In this document: positions 28,403 to 37,541 of the stretch, piece by piece
How the letters are laid out: each line of letters opens with the position of its first letter
Numbering within the stretch: position 1 is the stretch's first letter
Source of the DNA: a virus
Taxonomy: Duplodnaviria > Caudoviricetes
Direction: 5' to 3' (one strand)
DNA: 64,000 nucleotides
Virus record (IMG/VR): IMGVR_UViG_3300035698_019959
Coordinates: 443-64,442 of that record
Notes under the pieces: model-generated
Database searches by the model: none
Told to the model about the DNA's origin: nothing
Seen by the model: only the letters and a program-made list of their open reading frames with translations
Position numbers and translations under genes: made by a program

Positions 28403-30037
28403 ATGATTAAAAATAAAAAATATTCACCAAGAATGAAGCCGATAGATATAAACAAACTTATTGAATTAAAAACAAAAGGGTTGTCTAATAGTAAGTGTGC
28501 TAAATTGTTAAATGTTAGCGGAGAAAGATTAGGTGAAACTGTTAAAAAATTAATTCAAAAGAAAAAAATTGTTATAAAAAAAATACCTTGGAATAAAGGA
28601 TTGTCGTCAGTAGAAAAAAAAGAAGTCGAATGTACCTATTGTAAAAATTCTTTAAAAATATCCTATAAGAAGTACAATAAAAGCAAAAGCAAAAAATTTT
28701 ATTGTACTAAAAAATGTGAAGCAAATGATAGAAGAAAAAATGAAATAATAATTTTAATTTGTAAATGTTGTGGGGAGAAGTACCCAACGACCAATAAATA
28801 TCAAAAATATTGTTCAAATAAATGCAAAAATAATAGTTTTGATCCCCAAGTGTTATTAAAAAATCAAAAAATAAATTATGGTCCAGAAAGACGATCAAGA
28901 GTATTAAAGAACAAGTGGGCAAAAGATAAAGAAAAAATGTTAGAAAAAAGAAATACGGACGAATATAGAATTAAAATTGGGGAAACAACGAGAGAAAGAT
29001 TTGAGAATGATTCTGTTTTTAGAGCAAAACATTCTCAAAATTGTAAGGAGGGTTGGACTTCAGAAAAAAAAGAAAAACAAAGAAAAATTGCTTTAAATAG
29101 AATGAACAATAAGTGTATCACAATACCTAATTTAATTGTTGCTGATTATTTGAAATTTCTTGGTGTGAATTATAAAATGGAGCAACCGATAGGGAATATT
29201 TGTCGGGTGGACATATTGATAAACGAAAAAAAGATTGGAATAGAAATTTTTGGCGATTATTGGCATGCCAATCCTTTAATTTTAGAGTTAAAAGAGAATA
29301 AGACTCTAACATATGACCAAAAGGGTAACACAAAAGGCGATTGCGAAAAGGCAATTAAACTGAAAGAAGAGTACCCCCAATATAAGATTTTATATTTATG
29401 GGAAGGGGATATAGCATTTAAGTGGGGTGAGTGTAAAAATAAGATCTTATCTGAATTACAAATTGAAGAGCCAATTATAAATATGAAAGATTATAAAATT
29501 TTAAAAATTGATTCTGATCGCGCAAAAATGTTTTGTCAAAAATATCATTATTTAGGAAAATCTTTCCCAATAGCGCCTAGGGTTCTTTATGGACTATTCT
29601 ATAAAGAAATTTTAGTAGGAATTGCCGTATATAGTAATACTGGAGCTTTAAACGCAGGGAATATAGTTGGAAATAATGTATGTGAGTTATCAAGATTTTG
29701 TCTTTATGATTCTTTGCCTAAAAATACTGCTTCTTATTTTTTGTCTAAAACTATTCATTTGATTAAAAAAGATATTTCCAATTTGGACGGGTTGATCTCT
29801 TATTCAGATGATAGTATTCATCTTGGAACAATTTATAGAGCTACTAATTGGGAAGAATTGGGGAGTGTTAAGGGTTCTTATTATTACCTTACTCCACATA
29901 GTCAAAAAATTGATCGAAGAAAAGTACATGGCCATTGCAGTGCTTTTTCTATATCTGAGTCAGAATATGCTAAAAGAATGGATTTAAAAAAGATTGATAC
30001 GCCCACTAAGACCAAATTTGTATATCGTTTTAATTAG
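28403..30037 (+). CDS. fusion of Zn-finger repeats, Vsr/DUF559-like endonuclease and Mom-family (GNAT) DNA adenine modification domain
   Basis: CxxC..YC..C repeats; RVDILI...IGIEIFGDYWH; C-terminal YHYLG, ELSRFCL...PKNTASYFLSK, LISYSD...HLGTIYRATNW. Confidence 0.8.
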   Translation: MIKNKKYSPRMKPIDINKLIELKTKGLSNSKCAKLLNVSGERLGETVKKLIQKKKIVIKKIPWNKGLSSVEKKEVECTYCKNSLKISYKKYNKSKSKKFYCTKKCEANDRRKNEIIILICKCCGEKYPTTNKYQKYCSNKCKNNSFDPQVLLKNQKINYGPERRSRVLKNKWAKDKEKMLEKRNTDEYRIKIGETTRERFENDSVFRAKHSQNCKEGWTSEKKEKQRKIALNRMNNKCITIPNLIVADYLKFLGVNYKMEQPIGNICRVDILINEKKIGIEIFGDYWHANPLILELKENKTLTYDQKGNTKGDCEKAIKLKEEYPQYKILYLWEGDIAFKWGECKNKILSELQIEEPIINMKDYKILKIDSDRAKMFCQKYHYLGKSFPIAPRVLYGLFYKEILVGIAVYSNTGALNAGNIVGNNVCELSRFCLYDSLPKNTASYFLSKTIHLIKKDISNLDGLISYSDDSIHLGTIYRATNWEELGSVKGSYYYLTPHSQKIDRRKVHGHCSAFSISESEYAKRMDLKKIDTPTKTKFVYRFN

Positions 30038-30051
30038 CTTTATGCTTTTAA

Positions 30052-30080
30052 TATAAAAAAACTTCGAAATATAATATAAT
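30052..30080 (+). promoter_or_regulatory. putative late promoter
   Basis: TATAAA-N17-TATAAT. Confidence 0.6.
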
Positions 30081-30117
30081 AATATTAATAATTTAAAATG
30101 TAAAAGGAGAGGACACA

Positions 30118-30384
30118 ATGGGGGAAGAAATAAAGATTTTTAAAACCGATAATCTTGCTTTGGCTCCTTTTTTAAGTATGCAGGGTTTAAAGTATGTCGG
30201 TTGCGATATAGATACGAGGAATCATAACGTATATAAGGTTGTTTTTATGTTTGAAGATCCCAGGGATATCGGTAATGAAATGGCATTAGATTTTACCAAT
30301 TCTAGGGAAAAATTGTATCGTGGCAAGTACGCCTTTTTTAGAAATGAAATAGAAATCACTAAAAAGAAAATAAGGGAGAAATAA
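30118..30384 (+). CDS. DUF5659-like protein
   Basis: F.TDNLALA.FL...G....... VF.FED pattern. Confidence 0.65.
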   Translation: MGEEIKIFKTDNLALAPFLSMQGLKYVGCDIDTRNHNVYKVVFMFEDPRDIGNEMALDFTNSREKLYRGKYAFFRNEIEITKKKIREK

Positions 30385-30386
30385 AA

Positions 30387-30767
30387 ATGGCCCAACAGTT
30401 GACGTTGAATGTTTTGGGATCTCCAGATCAAGGTATTATCGAAGAATTTCGCTTTTTTTCAGGAGAAGAACGCACCCTAAAATTACAAGTTATTGAATAT
30501 GTAAATAAGCAAAAATGGTCATTGCCCGTAGGAACAACAATAGCATTAATCTTATCAGGAACTCCTGCTGATATAACAGTTGCTACTGCGGACATCACTA
30601 TTGATTCAGAAGATAGAAGTATTTTTGAAACAGTACTCATAGAAACCCAAACAGCATTACTTATCACAGGCTTGGTACAAGCCAAATTTGAATATCTCGA
30701 TGGGTTAAACACAATAACAAGATATGCAGTTAAAGAGCATGCCCTGAAAAAGATAGTGGAGGCGTAA
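30387..30767 (+). CDS. putative virion protein
   Basis: GGGAG RBS; beta-rich; structural context. Confidence 0.6.
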   Translation: MAQQLTLNVLGSPDQGIIEEFRFFSGEERTLKLQVIEYVNKQKWSLPVGTTIALILSGTPADITVATADITIDSEDRSIFETVLIETQTALLITGLVQAKFEYLDGLNTITRYAVKEHALKKIVEA

Positions 30768-31103
30768 ATGGCAAACGGCAAGGTGTCTATTGATATTAAC
30801 GATGAGCAGGCTTTTCGTGGATATGTTGTTAGCAAATTAGAAGATATTATTGATAATTCCTATCAAACGAAAGAAAAGGTAGATGGTTTAGATAAAAAGG
30901 TTGGGAAATTAGAAAACACTGCTGAAAGTATTATAAAAATTAAAAAAACTCTATTTGGCAATGGCAAAGAAGGTCTTGTTATTGAAGTAAAAAAATTAAA
31001 ACTTTCTCATAAAATTAAGAGTAGCATGTACGGATGCTTGGGAGGCGGAGGGTTTGCTTGTCTTATCACGCTTTTGTATTTTTTATTAAGAGGAAAGGTG
31101 TAA
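30768..31103 (+). CDS. coiled-coil protein with C-terminal TM helix (XhlA/holin-like)
   Basis: LFGNGKEGL motif then hydrophobic C-terminus. Confidence 0.55.
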   Translation: MANGKVSIDINDEQAFRGYVVSKLEDIIDNSYQTKEKVDGLDKKVGKLENTAESIIKIKKTLFGNGKEGLVIEVKKLKLSHKIKSSMYGCLGGGGFACLITLLYFLLRGKV

Positions 31104-31904
31104 ATGGCAAATACTAATATTATATACCCTCCACAGTCTACGACACTAAACGATTTCAAAAGACATGAAACCTTATTGTCGGTACAAGATTTAAAGGATA
31201 GATATTTATTCGCCGTTGATTTAACAGATGGTGATGGTAACGAATTAAAAGATGAGGTTTTGGCCTTTCATATAGATGCGGCAATCAATTTAATGGAAAT
31301 GGAATTGGGTGTATTTATAAATCCCGTGGCTTTAGATGAGGATAGGGATTATATTTTAAATGATTATTTAAGCTGGTCAATTATAGAGTTATATGAAAGT
31401 CCTGTTATTAGTGTCGATAAGTTTGAAATTAGATTTTTGAAAAATGAGTCTTTTGTCGAATTCCCTGAAGAATGGATAAGACTAGATAATCATACGGGTA
31501 TGATTAGAATTGCAGCAACAATAGGTACGATTGATAATTGGGTTATGACACAATTTTCGTATCTTCCTAGATTACTAACAAGAGTCTCGGACTTTCCTCA
31601 TTTCTTTCATATAGAATATACTGCTGGGTTTGAACAAGATAAAGTTCCCAAAGCTGTTAACCATTTAATTGGAATGTTAGCAGCGGTATACACGTTCAAT
31701 ATAGCTGGTGATATTGTTTTAGGAGCTGGTATCGCCGCACAGAGTCTTAGTATTGACGGATTATCACAAAATATTCAAACAACGTCTAGTGCTGAGAATA
31801 GTGCTTACAGTGCTAGAATTATACAATACGCGAAATTGATTAAAGATATGAAGAAAGTTATTTCAAAATATTTTGGTAAAGATCATGGAATAAATGTAGT
31901 ATAA
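31104..31904 (+). CDS. head-tail adaptor (neck) protein
   Basis: YLF.VDL.D.DG, YTAGF, G....GAGIA.QSLSIDGLSQ...TTSSA...AY.ARI..Y, as in Herelleviridae neck proteins. Confidence 0.8.
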   Translation: MANTNIIYPPQSTTLNDFKRHETLLSVQDLKDRYLFAVDLTDGDGNELKDEVLAFHIDAAINLMEMELGVFINPVALDEDRDYILNDYLSWSIIELYESPVISVDKFEIRFLKNESFVEFPEEWIRLDNHTGMIRIAATIGTIDNWVMTQFSYLPRLLTRVSDFPHFFHIEYTAGFEQDKVPKAVNHLIGMLAAVYTFNIAGDIVLGAGIAAQSLSIDGLSQNIQTTSSAENSAYSARIIQYAKLIKDMKKVISKYFGKDHGINVV

Positions 31905-31913
31905 AGGAGAACA

Positions 31914-33059
31914 ATGGTAACAGGTGTTCAAAAAAGATTATTAAATAAATATCAATCTAATTTAGATAAAGTAGATCTTGCGGCTTTAATTGAAGCAGGT
32001 GGAGATGGGGGCTCGTCTACTGCATTATTAAATAATGCTTGGTTTGTTGATTTAAGAGCAAACACAAATGGGAACGGAAGTGCTGGGAGCCCATTCAATA
32101 CAATTGCAGCAGCCAATGCTGTCTCTCAACAATTTGATAAAATTTATATTAGTGGAACAGTAGCTGCTGGTGGACTTCCTGCGGTTACTTCTTTCCCTGT
32201 TCGTGAAGGACGCAATTATGAATTTTTGACTATGGCGTTTATGGCTTGTAGACCAACAATCATTCCAGATGCAACTATTCCAGCGAATAGTTTTACAAAT
32301 ATAAAAGCAGAGTACTTTATTATTGATGGTGATTCTATTTCAGGTGTCGATCCTTTTATAACAATTAATTGCCCAACATTTTTAATATTTGAAACTTCTA
32401 TATTAACAGCTGCTTCAAGTACTTTGGCTTATAGTGCTTTTTTCGGTACTACAGCAGATGCGGCAGGTGGCGGTATAATACTTCAAAATTCTAGGGTGTT
32501 TTTTGATGATAGGCCCGTTTATATTTATTATAATAGGTTTGATAATGTTGATTTTACAGCAATTAATTCTCAAATTGATGTTGGAGAAGTGTGTATTGTT
32601 AACAATAGAGCTGATTCTGATGTTAATTTTAAAAATTGTATATTAAGAAATGATTCTGATGATGATATTGTGCTTCCAACACTAAAAATTGATGGTGGAA
32701 CATATTTGAATATTGTGCAATCTCGAGTTGTTAATGGGGGAACGGCTTATGCTTTATCAATATTAGGTGCTGGTGATTATTGTCAGATGGATAATAATTG
32801 TTGGTTCGAATCAAATGGAGTTACCTCTATATTTAGATCTGTCGCAGCGACATTTACTGTTTGTGCTTGTTCTGAACAACAAATTGATTTGAATGGAGAT
32901 AATACACAAATTTTGCCTGCTTTTTCTAGTGTGGTTACAACTTCTACAGCAGCTCCAGACCTAGCACTTTATGCTCCTTTATCGGGGCAAATTTGTTCTG
33001 GTGGTTCCCCCTCTCATTTATATATGTATACTGGTGCCGCTTGGGCGCAAATAAGTTAA
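31914..33059 (+). CDS. putative head/neck fibre with beta-helix region
   Basis: FVD.....NGNGS..SPFNTIAAA motif; LYMY.G..W C-terminus; shared N-terminal motif. Confidence 0.6.
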   Translation: MVTGVQKRLLNKYQSNLDKVDLAALIEAGGDGGSSTALLNNAWFVDLRANTNGNGSAGSPFNTIAAANAVSQQFDKIYISGTVAAGGLPAVTSFPVREGRNYEFLTMAFMACRPTIIPDATIPANSFTNIKAEYFIIDGDSISGVDPFITINCPTFLIFETSILTAASSTLAYSAFFGTTADAAGGGIILQNSRVFFDDRPVYIYYNRFDNVDFTAINSQIDVGEVCIVNNRADSDVNFKNCILRNDSDDDIVLPTLKIDGGTYLNIVQSRVVNGGTAYALSILGAGDYCQMDNNCWFESNGVTSIFRSVAATFTVCACSEQQIDLNGDNTQILPAFSSVVTTSTAAPDLALYAPLSGQICSGGSPSHLYMYTGAAWAQIS

Positions 33060-33071
33060 GGAGATATAGTA

Positions 33072-34013
33072 ATGGAAAATGTTGGATTAAACTTTGAAAA
33101 TGGTGATGCGATATTTAATTCGTTTCATGCATTGTTTGCTTTAGATACTGGTGATTTACAGATTAGTGCAAATTTATATGATTATGATGCTCGTAAAAAT
33201 AGCGATGATGGGATGACTGCTTCTGGTAAATATAAAAAGCCAACAGGTAAACATCTTTCAGTAAGTGTTAGTGATAACAATCAGTTCGCTGATTATATGG
33301 ATGATGTTGCTGTTAGTACTAGACAAGAAGGATTCTCTTTTCAAAAATTAAAAGATATGAACCAAGAGGATTGGACTGATTTAGATTATAAGATTGCCAT
33401 ACAAATTTTAGAGTGTTATGTAGAGTTTATTTTAAGTGGCGATAAATCTTATTATGAGACAAAGAAAATATCTAAAGCAGGATGGACAAAAGAATTCGGA
33501 TTGGTAAAAGGTTGCCCAGGAGACAAAAAGCGTTCAGATGGCAAAGGTAAAGGACATGGTACTGGAGAAGGTAAGGGGCCAATCGGCAGGCAAGGTGATA
33601 TAGATAGAAAAGGTGAAGGCCCTAAAAAGGACAAGAAGAAATCTAAGAAAAAATCAGGAAAGAAGTCAGGAGACAATATGAAACTAAAGGATTTAGTTAA
33701 AAGTATGATTAAAGATGGAATGTCAAAAGAAGATATTAAGAAGGTAATTCTTGATAGATTTGATACTCCTGTAATTAAAGCTGAAGATATTATCAAAAGC
33801 GATGGTCAAGTATTTAAAATGACTGATAAGACAGATAAGCCTATTGATGATTTTCTTAAAGCTGCTCAGCCCACTGCTGACATTCTCAATTGGGAAGGGT
33901 ATGAAAGTAAAGAATATGTTAGCGGCGGTAGGGATTTAGAAGGGGTTGAGAAGTCACAGGGTGAAGCAGTGGCCTCTAAATTTGTAGAAAGAAACTTGGT
34001 AGGCGATAAATAG
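33072..34013 (+). CDS. putative internal head protein (K-[SAG] site-rich)
   Basis: ISKA, LVKG, LVKS, VIKA, IIKS, FLKA, VEKS; G/K-rich linker. Confidence 0.55.
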   Translation: MENVGLNFENGDAIFNSFHALFALDTGDLQISANLYDYDARKNSDDGMTASGKYKKPTGKHLSVSVSDNNQFADYMDDVAVSTRQEGFSFQKLKDMNQEDWTDLDYKIAIQILECYVEFILSGDKSYYETKKISKAGWTKEFGLVKGCPGDKKRSDGKGKGHGTGEGKGPIGRQGDIDRKGEGPKKDKKKSKKKSGKKSGDNMKLKDLVKSMIKDGMSKEDIKKVILDRFDTPVIKAEDIIKSDGQVFKMTDKTDKPIDDFLKAAQPTADILNWEGYESKEYVSGGRDLEGVEKSQGEAVASKFVERNLVGDK

Positions 34014-34021
34014 GCGAATAA

Positions 34022-34828
34022 ATGACTGTTAGAAGCCAAATTAAAAGAAACACTTATGCTCATAAGAATCCGTATGACTCAAAATTCCCTGGGCTAAATA
34101 TAGATCCCAAATTATTTAACGCCATGCTGAGGGAATATGGAATCCGTATTCGTCATGAAAAGAGTACGCCTTGTCCGAATCTAAAAGGGAATATAGATAG
34201 CGGTCACCATAGGCTTAACTGTACTCTCTGTGATAATGGTTTTGTTAATTATGATCCTTATGAGTATACTGCCTATTTTCAATCAAATACCTTAGAGAGA
34301 GTAATACAGGCTCAAGGATTTTTTGATCCCGGAACAGCTCTCTTGACAGTTCCCACCTTGTTAGAAGATAAGAATACGTATATTTATATTCATTATTTTG
34401 ATCGTATAACTTTGATAGATTTTGAAGATAGATATACAGAACTCGTTCAAAAAACAAAGGGTGAGATTGATTTATTAAGGTACCAAGCTTTGAATGTAGA
34501 ATATCTTGCTACAAAGAATGTGAGATATGAGCAGGGACAGGATTTTGAAATTGATGATAATGGAAATATTTTATGGATTAGTTCTAATCGTCCTGGTAGG
34601 AATGAAGTCCCCGAGTATGGTGAAATTTATAGTATAGCGTACGTGTATAGGCCCGTGTATAGGATTGTACACTTGTTGCATGAAGGTAGGTTTTCACAAA
34701 GAAAACTAAAATTGCCTGCTGTGACTCCCGAGCGTTTTCCACAGCAATGTGTGATTAAAAAGGATTTTTTGCTTGATCGCAGAGATGATGTCACAGACGA
34801 GAAAATAGAAGCCCCTGTTCTCCCCTAA
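34022..34828 (+). CDS. head-closure/neck protein
   Basis: CP...H...C.LC..G, DRITL, YSI.Y...PVY.I..LLHE.R. Confidence 0.75.
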   Translation: MTVRSQIKRNTYAHKNPYDSKFPGLNIDPKLFNAMLREYGIRIRHEKSTPCPNLKGNIDSGHHRLNCTLCDNGFVNYDPYEYTAYFQSNTLERVIQAQGFFDPGTALLTVPTLLEDKNTYIYIHYFDRITLIDFEDRYTELVQKTKGEIDLLRYQALNVEYLATKNVRYEQGQDFEIDDNGNILWISSNRPGRNEVPEYGEIYSIAYVYRPVYRIVHLLHEGRFSQRKLKLPAVTPERFPQQCVIKKDFLLDRRDDVTDEKIEAPVLP

Positions 34829-34856
34829 TTAAAAAATACCCAAAATATTATATAAT
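34828..34856 (+). promoter_or_regulatory. putative late promoter (leaderless transcript)
   Basis: ATTAAA-N17-TATAAT; ATG begins 7 nt downstream; no SD. Confidence 0.55.
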
Positions 34857-34862
34857 AATAAT

Positions 34863-35606
34863 ATGAAGATCTCTCTTAATCTAGAAGCTCAGCGTCTAAA
34901 TAAAAGTCTTAAATTTATAGATGAAATGACCAAGGCACAGATTAAAAAGTCTATGGAGGCGTTGGCCAAATCTGTAATGATAAAAGCACAAGAATTAGCG
35001 CACCAAAAATTAAATAGTACTTTACCAGATTATTTAAATGGGTTAAGTTTAGAAAAAGAAGAAGACCAACATTCCGTTGTTTATAAATTATCTTTAGCGC
35101 CAGAAGCAGGTTGGATAGAAACTGGCGGCCCATCTGCTGGATTTGATCTTAAACCTGGAATACTTCAAGGGCCAAGAAAATTACATATCAGTAAAGAAGG
35201 TAAAAGATATAAACATGTTCCTTTTGAGCATCATCCTCATGGCAAAACTGAATCTCGTGGTGTTGCTGGTCAAGTCCAAAAAAGTTTAAAAAGTTCTATA
35301 GAAAAATATGGGTTGAACAAGATAGTAAAAGCAAGTGGTAATAAAGCTCTTCAGGGGAAAATGAAAAATGAAATGAAGGGTGAAATAAGAAGTAGGTTAC
35401 ATCCTTACCTACAAGGATTAACACAATACAAAAAACAATACAACAAAACCACTCAATCCACCTACAAAACATTCCGCACAATATCAGAAAATAGTCCAGA
35501 AAACAGTTGGATTATTCAAAAGCCATGGTTAGGGGCAAAAATATTCCCTGAATTAGGGACATATGTTAAAGAAGAAATGGCCACAATTCTCAAGATTATT
35601 CTATAA
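34863..35606 (+). CDS. neck/tail-completion protein
   Basis: IE.G...FDLK, VPF.H, Y.TFRTISENSP.NSWI. Confidence 0.75.
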   Translation: MKISLNLEAQRLNKSLKFIDEMTKAQIKKSMEALAKSVMIKAQELAHQKLNSTLPDYLNGLSLEKEEDQHSVVYKLSLAPEAGWIETGGPSAGFDLKPGILQGPRKLHISKEGKRYKHVPFEHHPHGKTESRGVAGQVQKSLKSSIEKYGLNKIVKASGNKALQGKMKNEMKGEIRSRLHPYLQGLTQYKKQYNKTTQSTYKTFRTISENSPENSWIIQKPWLGAKIFPELGTYVKEEMATILKIIL

Positions 35607-35708
35607 GTTTTTCAGTAAAACCGCTAAATAGCTGATTTATAAGGTGAAAAAAGATGATTTTTTTCTTTTCTTCTATACCGGATGGGTATATAATATAGTT
35701 ATTGATTG
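35601..35708 (+). repeat. ~108-bp promoter-bearing direct repeat, copy 1
   Basis: Near-identical to 36528-36636; contains an IHF-like site (35625-35637) and TATAAT (35689-35694). Confidence 0.9.
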
Positions 35709-35736
35709 GTTGAAAAACAAAAAAGGAGTTGATAAT

Positions 35737-36513
35737 ATGAACGAGAGATTAAATGGTCTGGAATTAGACGAGAATGTTGAAACTGTATTTAAGGTAGAGC
35801 CGCCCTTGACACCAGCCAAAAGCGAATTTGGATATATTGGTGTTCTGTTAAGGGACATCTATGAAGATAAATTGCAGTGTCACATATGTGGTAAGTGGTT
35901 TAGTTCGCTCTCGTCTCATATAGTACAATCTCATGATATGTCAGCAGCTGATTATAGGGCTGAATTTTCATTACCGCCGAAGTTTCCGCTCATATCACGA
36001 GAATTATCCGGGAAGCATTCTAAGCGTGCCAGCTCTCCTAAAAATTTAGAACGATTAAAAAAGAATATGGCGAAAATGAATAAAGCCAGAAAACGAAAGG
36101 GTGGCAATAATTGTAAGAGGTATTTTGCAACTGAAGCGCATGCGAATAAGCATGGATTGTGTCCTAAGCAAATAGAAAGTAGGTATTTAATTGTTGCTGA
36201 TACGGTGGGTAGGGAACCCACACAGTGCGATTTAAAAAAACATGATTATGCATTATTAGCAGGTATTCGTAAGAGATTTGGAACGATAAATAAATTTAGA
36301 AAGGCAAAGGGGTTCAAGGTAAAGTTAAGAGGAAAAATATTAACGGATCAACAAATTATAGCTGCACTGCGAAAGTTTTATTGTAAATATAATAGGTTTC
36401 CGAAAAAGAAAGATTTTGTGGGTAAGACACCAAGTTATCATACCATCAGGGAGAGATTTGGATCATGGAATAGGGCATTGGAAATGGCGGGATTTAATGC
36501 AAGAGAAGCGTGA
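35737..36513 (+). CDS. MucR/Ros-type zinc-finger protein with C-terminal homing-endonuclease-associated helical repeats
   Basis: LQCHICGKWF..L..HI...H.MS..DYR.EF.L; II.AL.......R.P...DF...PS..TI..RFGSWN.AL..AG; AAGGAG RBS before ATG 35737. Confidence 0.75.
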   Translation: MNERLNGLELDENVETVFKVEPPLTPAKSEFGYIGVLLRDIYEDKLQCHICGKWFSSLSSHIVQSHDMSAADYRAEFSLPPKFPLISRELSGKHSKRASSPKNLERLKKNMAKMNKARKRKGGNNCKRYFATEAHANKHGLCPKQIESRYLIVADTVGREPTQCDLKKHDYALLAGIRKRFGTINKFRKAKGFKVKLRGKILTDQQIIAALRKFYCKYNRFPKKKDFVGKTPSYHTIRERFGSWNRALEMAGFNAREA

Positions 36514-36527
36514 ATAGGGTGTTTGGC

Positions 36528-36636
36528 CTATAAGTTTTTTCAGTAAAACCTCTAAATAGTTGATTTATAAGGTTAAAAAAGATGATTTTTTCCTTTTCTT
36601 TTATAGAGGATGGGTATATAACATAGTTATTGATTG
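36528..36636 (+). repeat. ~108-bp promoter-bearing direct repeat, copy 2
   Basis: Contains TAAATAGTTGATT (36553-36565), an exact match to the IHF consensus YAANNNNTTGATW, and TATAAC. Confidence 0.9.
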
Positions 36637-36664
36637 AGGTTAACAAATAACAAAGGAGAATAAA

Positions 36665-37018
36665 ATGGATTTAAATTTGGTACCCCCAATGCAAGATGAT
36701 GATGCAGAGATAAGGGCTCGGGAGAAATATAATATGGGATGGAATGATTTAGGTAGTAAAGAACAGGATATAATTCAAGTCGAATATGATGAAGAGCATT
36801 CAGAACAGATTGTTCAAAAAGAATCAAAGGGTCAAATAATGGATGATCAAACTAAAAGATATAGAGAAGCCCAATTTGAAAAATTAGCGATTGAATATTC
36901 TGAATATAAACCAAAAATCAAGATCGTAAAGCCTAATGGCGAAACGAATTGGCTTGATATCGAAGAAGACGAGTTCAAAGCTATTAAACATATTTTAACA
37001 GACAAAGTAAAAATCTAA
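36665..37018 (+). CDS. early-type hypothetical protein sharing a 37-aa module with the prohead protease extension
   Basis: AAGGAG RBS; MQDDDAE.RARE.YN..W.DL.S.EQD.IQ.EYD.E. Confidence 0.75.
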   Translation: MDLNLVPPMQDDDAEIRAREKYNMGWNDLGSKEQDIIQVEYDEEHSEQIVQKESKGQIMDDQTKRYREAQFEKLAIEYSEYKPKIKIVKPNGETNWLDIEEDEFKAIKHILTDKVKI

Positions 37019-37046
37019 CAGACTGTAAGGTCAAAGGGGGAACAGA

Positions 37047-37250
37047 ATGGGAGAATTAAGTTACGAAAAACCGAAAGTTGAATTGATTGGACAAAGTGGG
37101 AACGCTTTTATGATTTTAGGCAGGGTTAAAGGGGCAATGAAACGAGCCGGAGCAAGTCAAGAAGAACTGGATTCCTATATTTCAAAAGCAACCGTCGGTG
37201 ATTACGATAATTTGCTTCAGACAACCATGGAATATGTAGATATCCAATAA
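37047..37250 (+). CDS. conserved small phage protein
   Basis: LIG..GNAF.ILGRV..AM.RAG...... GDYDNLL motif. Confidence 0.8.
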   Translation: MGELSYEKPKVELIGQSGNAFMILGRVKGAMKRAGASQEELDSYISKATVGDYDNLLQTTMEYVDIQ

Positions 37251-37260
37251 AGGAGGAATA

Positions 37261-37425
37261 ACGAGCATACAATCTACTGTAGAATTAACACGAAAAGAGG
37301 CGGAGGAAATGTTGGTCTGTAAACTGATGAAAGAAGTTGTTAAGATTGTTAGCGCTTCCGTTGCTTTAATGACAAATGATGAGATAGAAAACCGACTGGG
37401 GGGAATAAATGACAAGGATAATTGA
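37261..37425 (+). CDS. 54-aa protein with ACG in the start-codon position (non-canonical start or pseudogene)
   Basis: AGGAGG-aata-ACG AGC ATA CAA TCT ACT; open to TGA 37423. Confidence 0.45.
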   Translation, partial: TSIQSTVELTRKEAEEMLVCKLMKEVVKIVSASVALMTNDEIENRLGGINDKDN

Positions 37426-37522
37426 TAGGGCATCAAAAGGAGTTTTAACATTAGCAACACTTTATTTGGTAGGTCATTTGATTGTTTGGGCTTGTAATGG
37501 CTTCAAGGTTTTGGGAATATAA
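37409..37522 (+). CDS. 37-aa membrane peptide
   Basis: GGGGGGA RBS; MTRIIDRASKGVLTLATLYLVGHLIVWACNGFKVLGI. Confidence 0.5.
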   Translation: MTRIIDRASKGVLTLATLYLVGHLIVWACNGFKVLGI

Positions 37523-37541
37523 CACAGAAAGGGGAGAAATA

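Noticed and set aside
28303-30117. Group I intron or intein carrying the endonuclease
   Set aside because: The MCP gene is complete with a terminator; the nuclease gene is free-standing and no splicing motifs were seen.
35644-35736. ORF-track N-terminal extension of the MucR-like gene
   Set aside because: Lies within the duplicated promoter repeat; SD precedes ATG 35737.
35601-36636. Insertion sequence or transposon
   Set aside because: Repeats are direct promoter duplications, and the enclosed gene has no transposase or recognisable nuclease domain.
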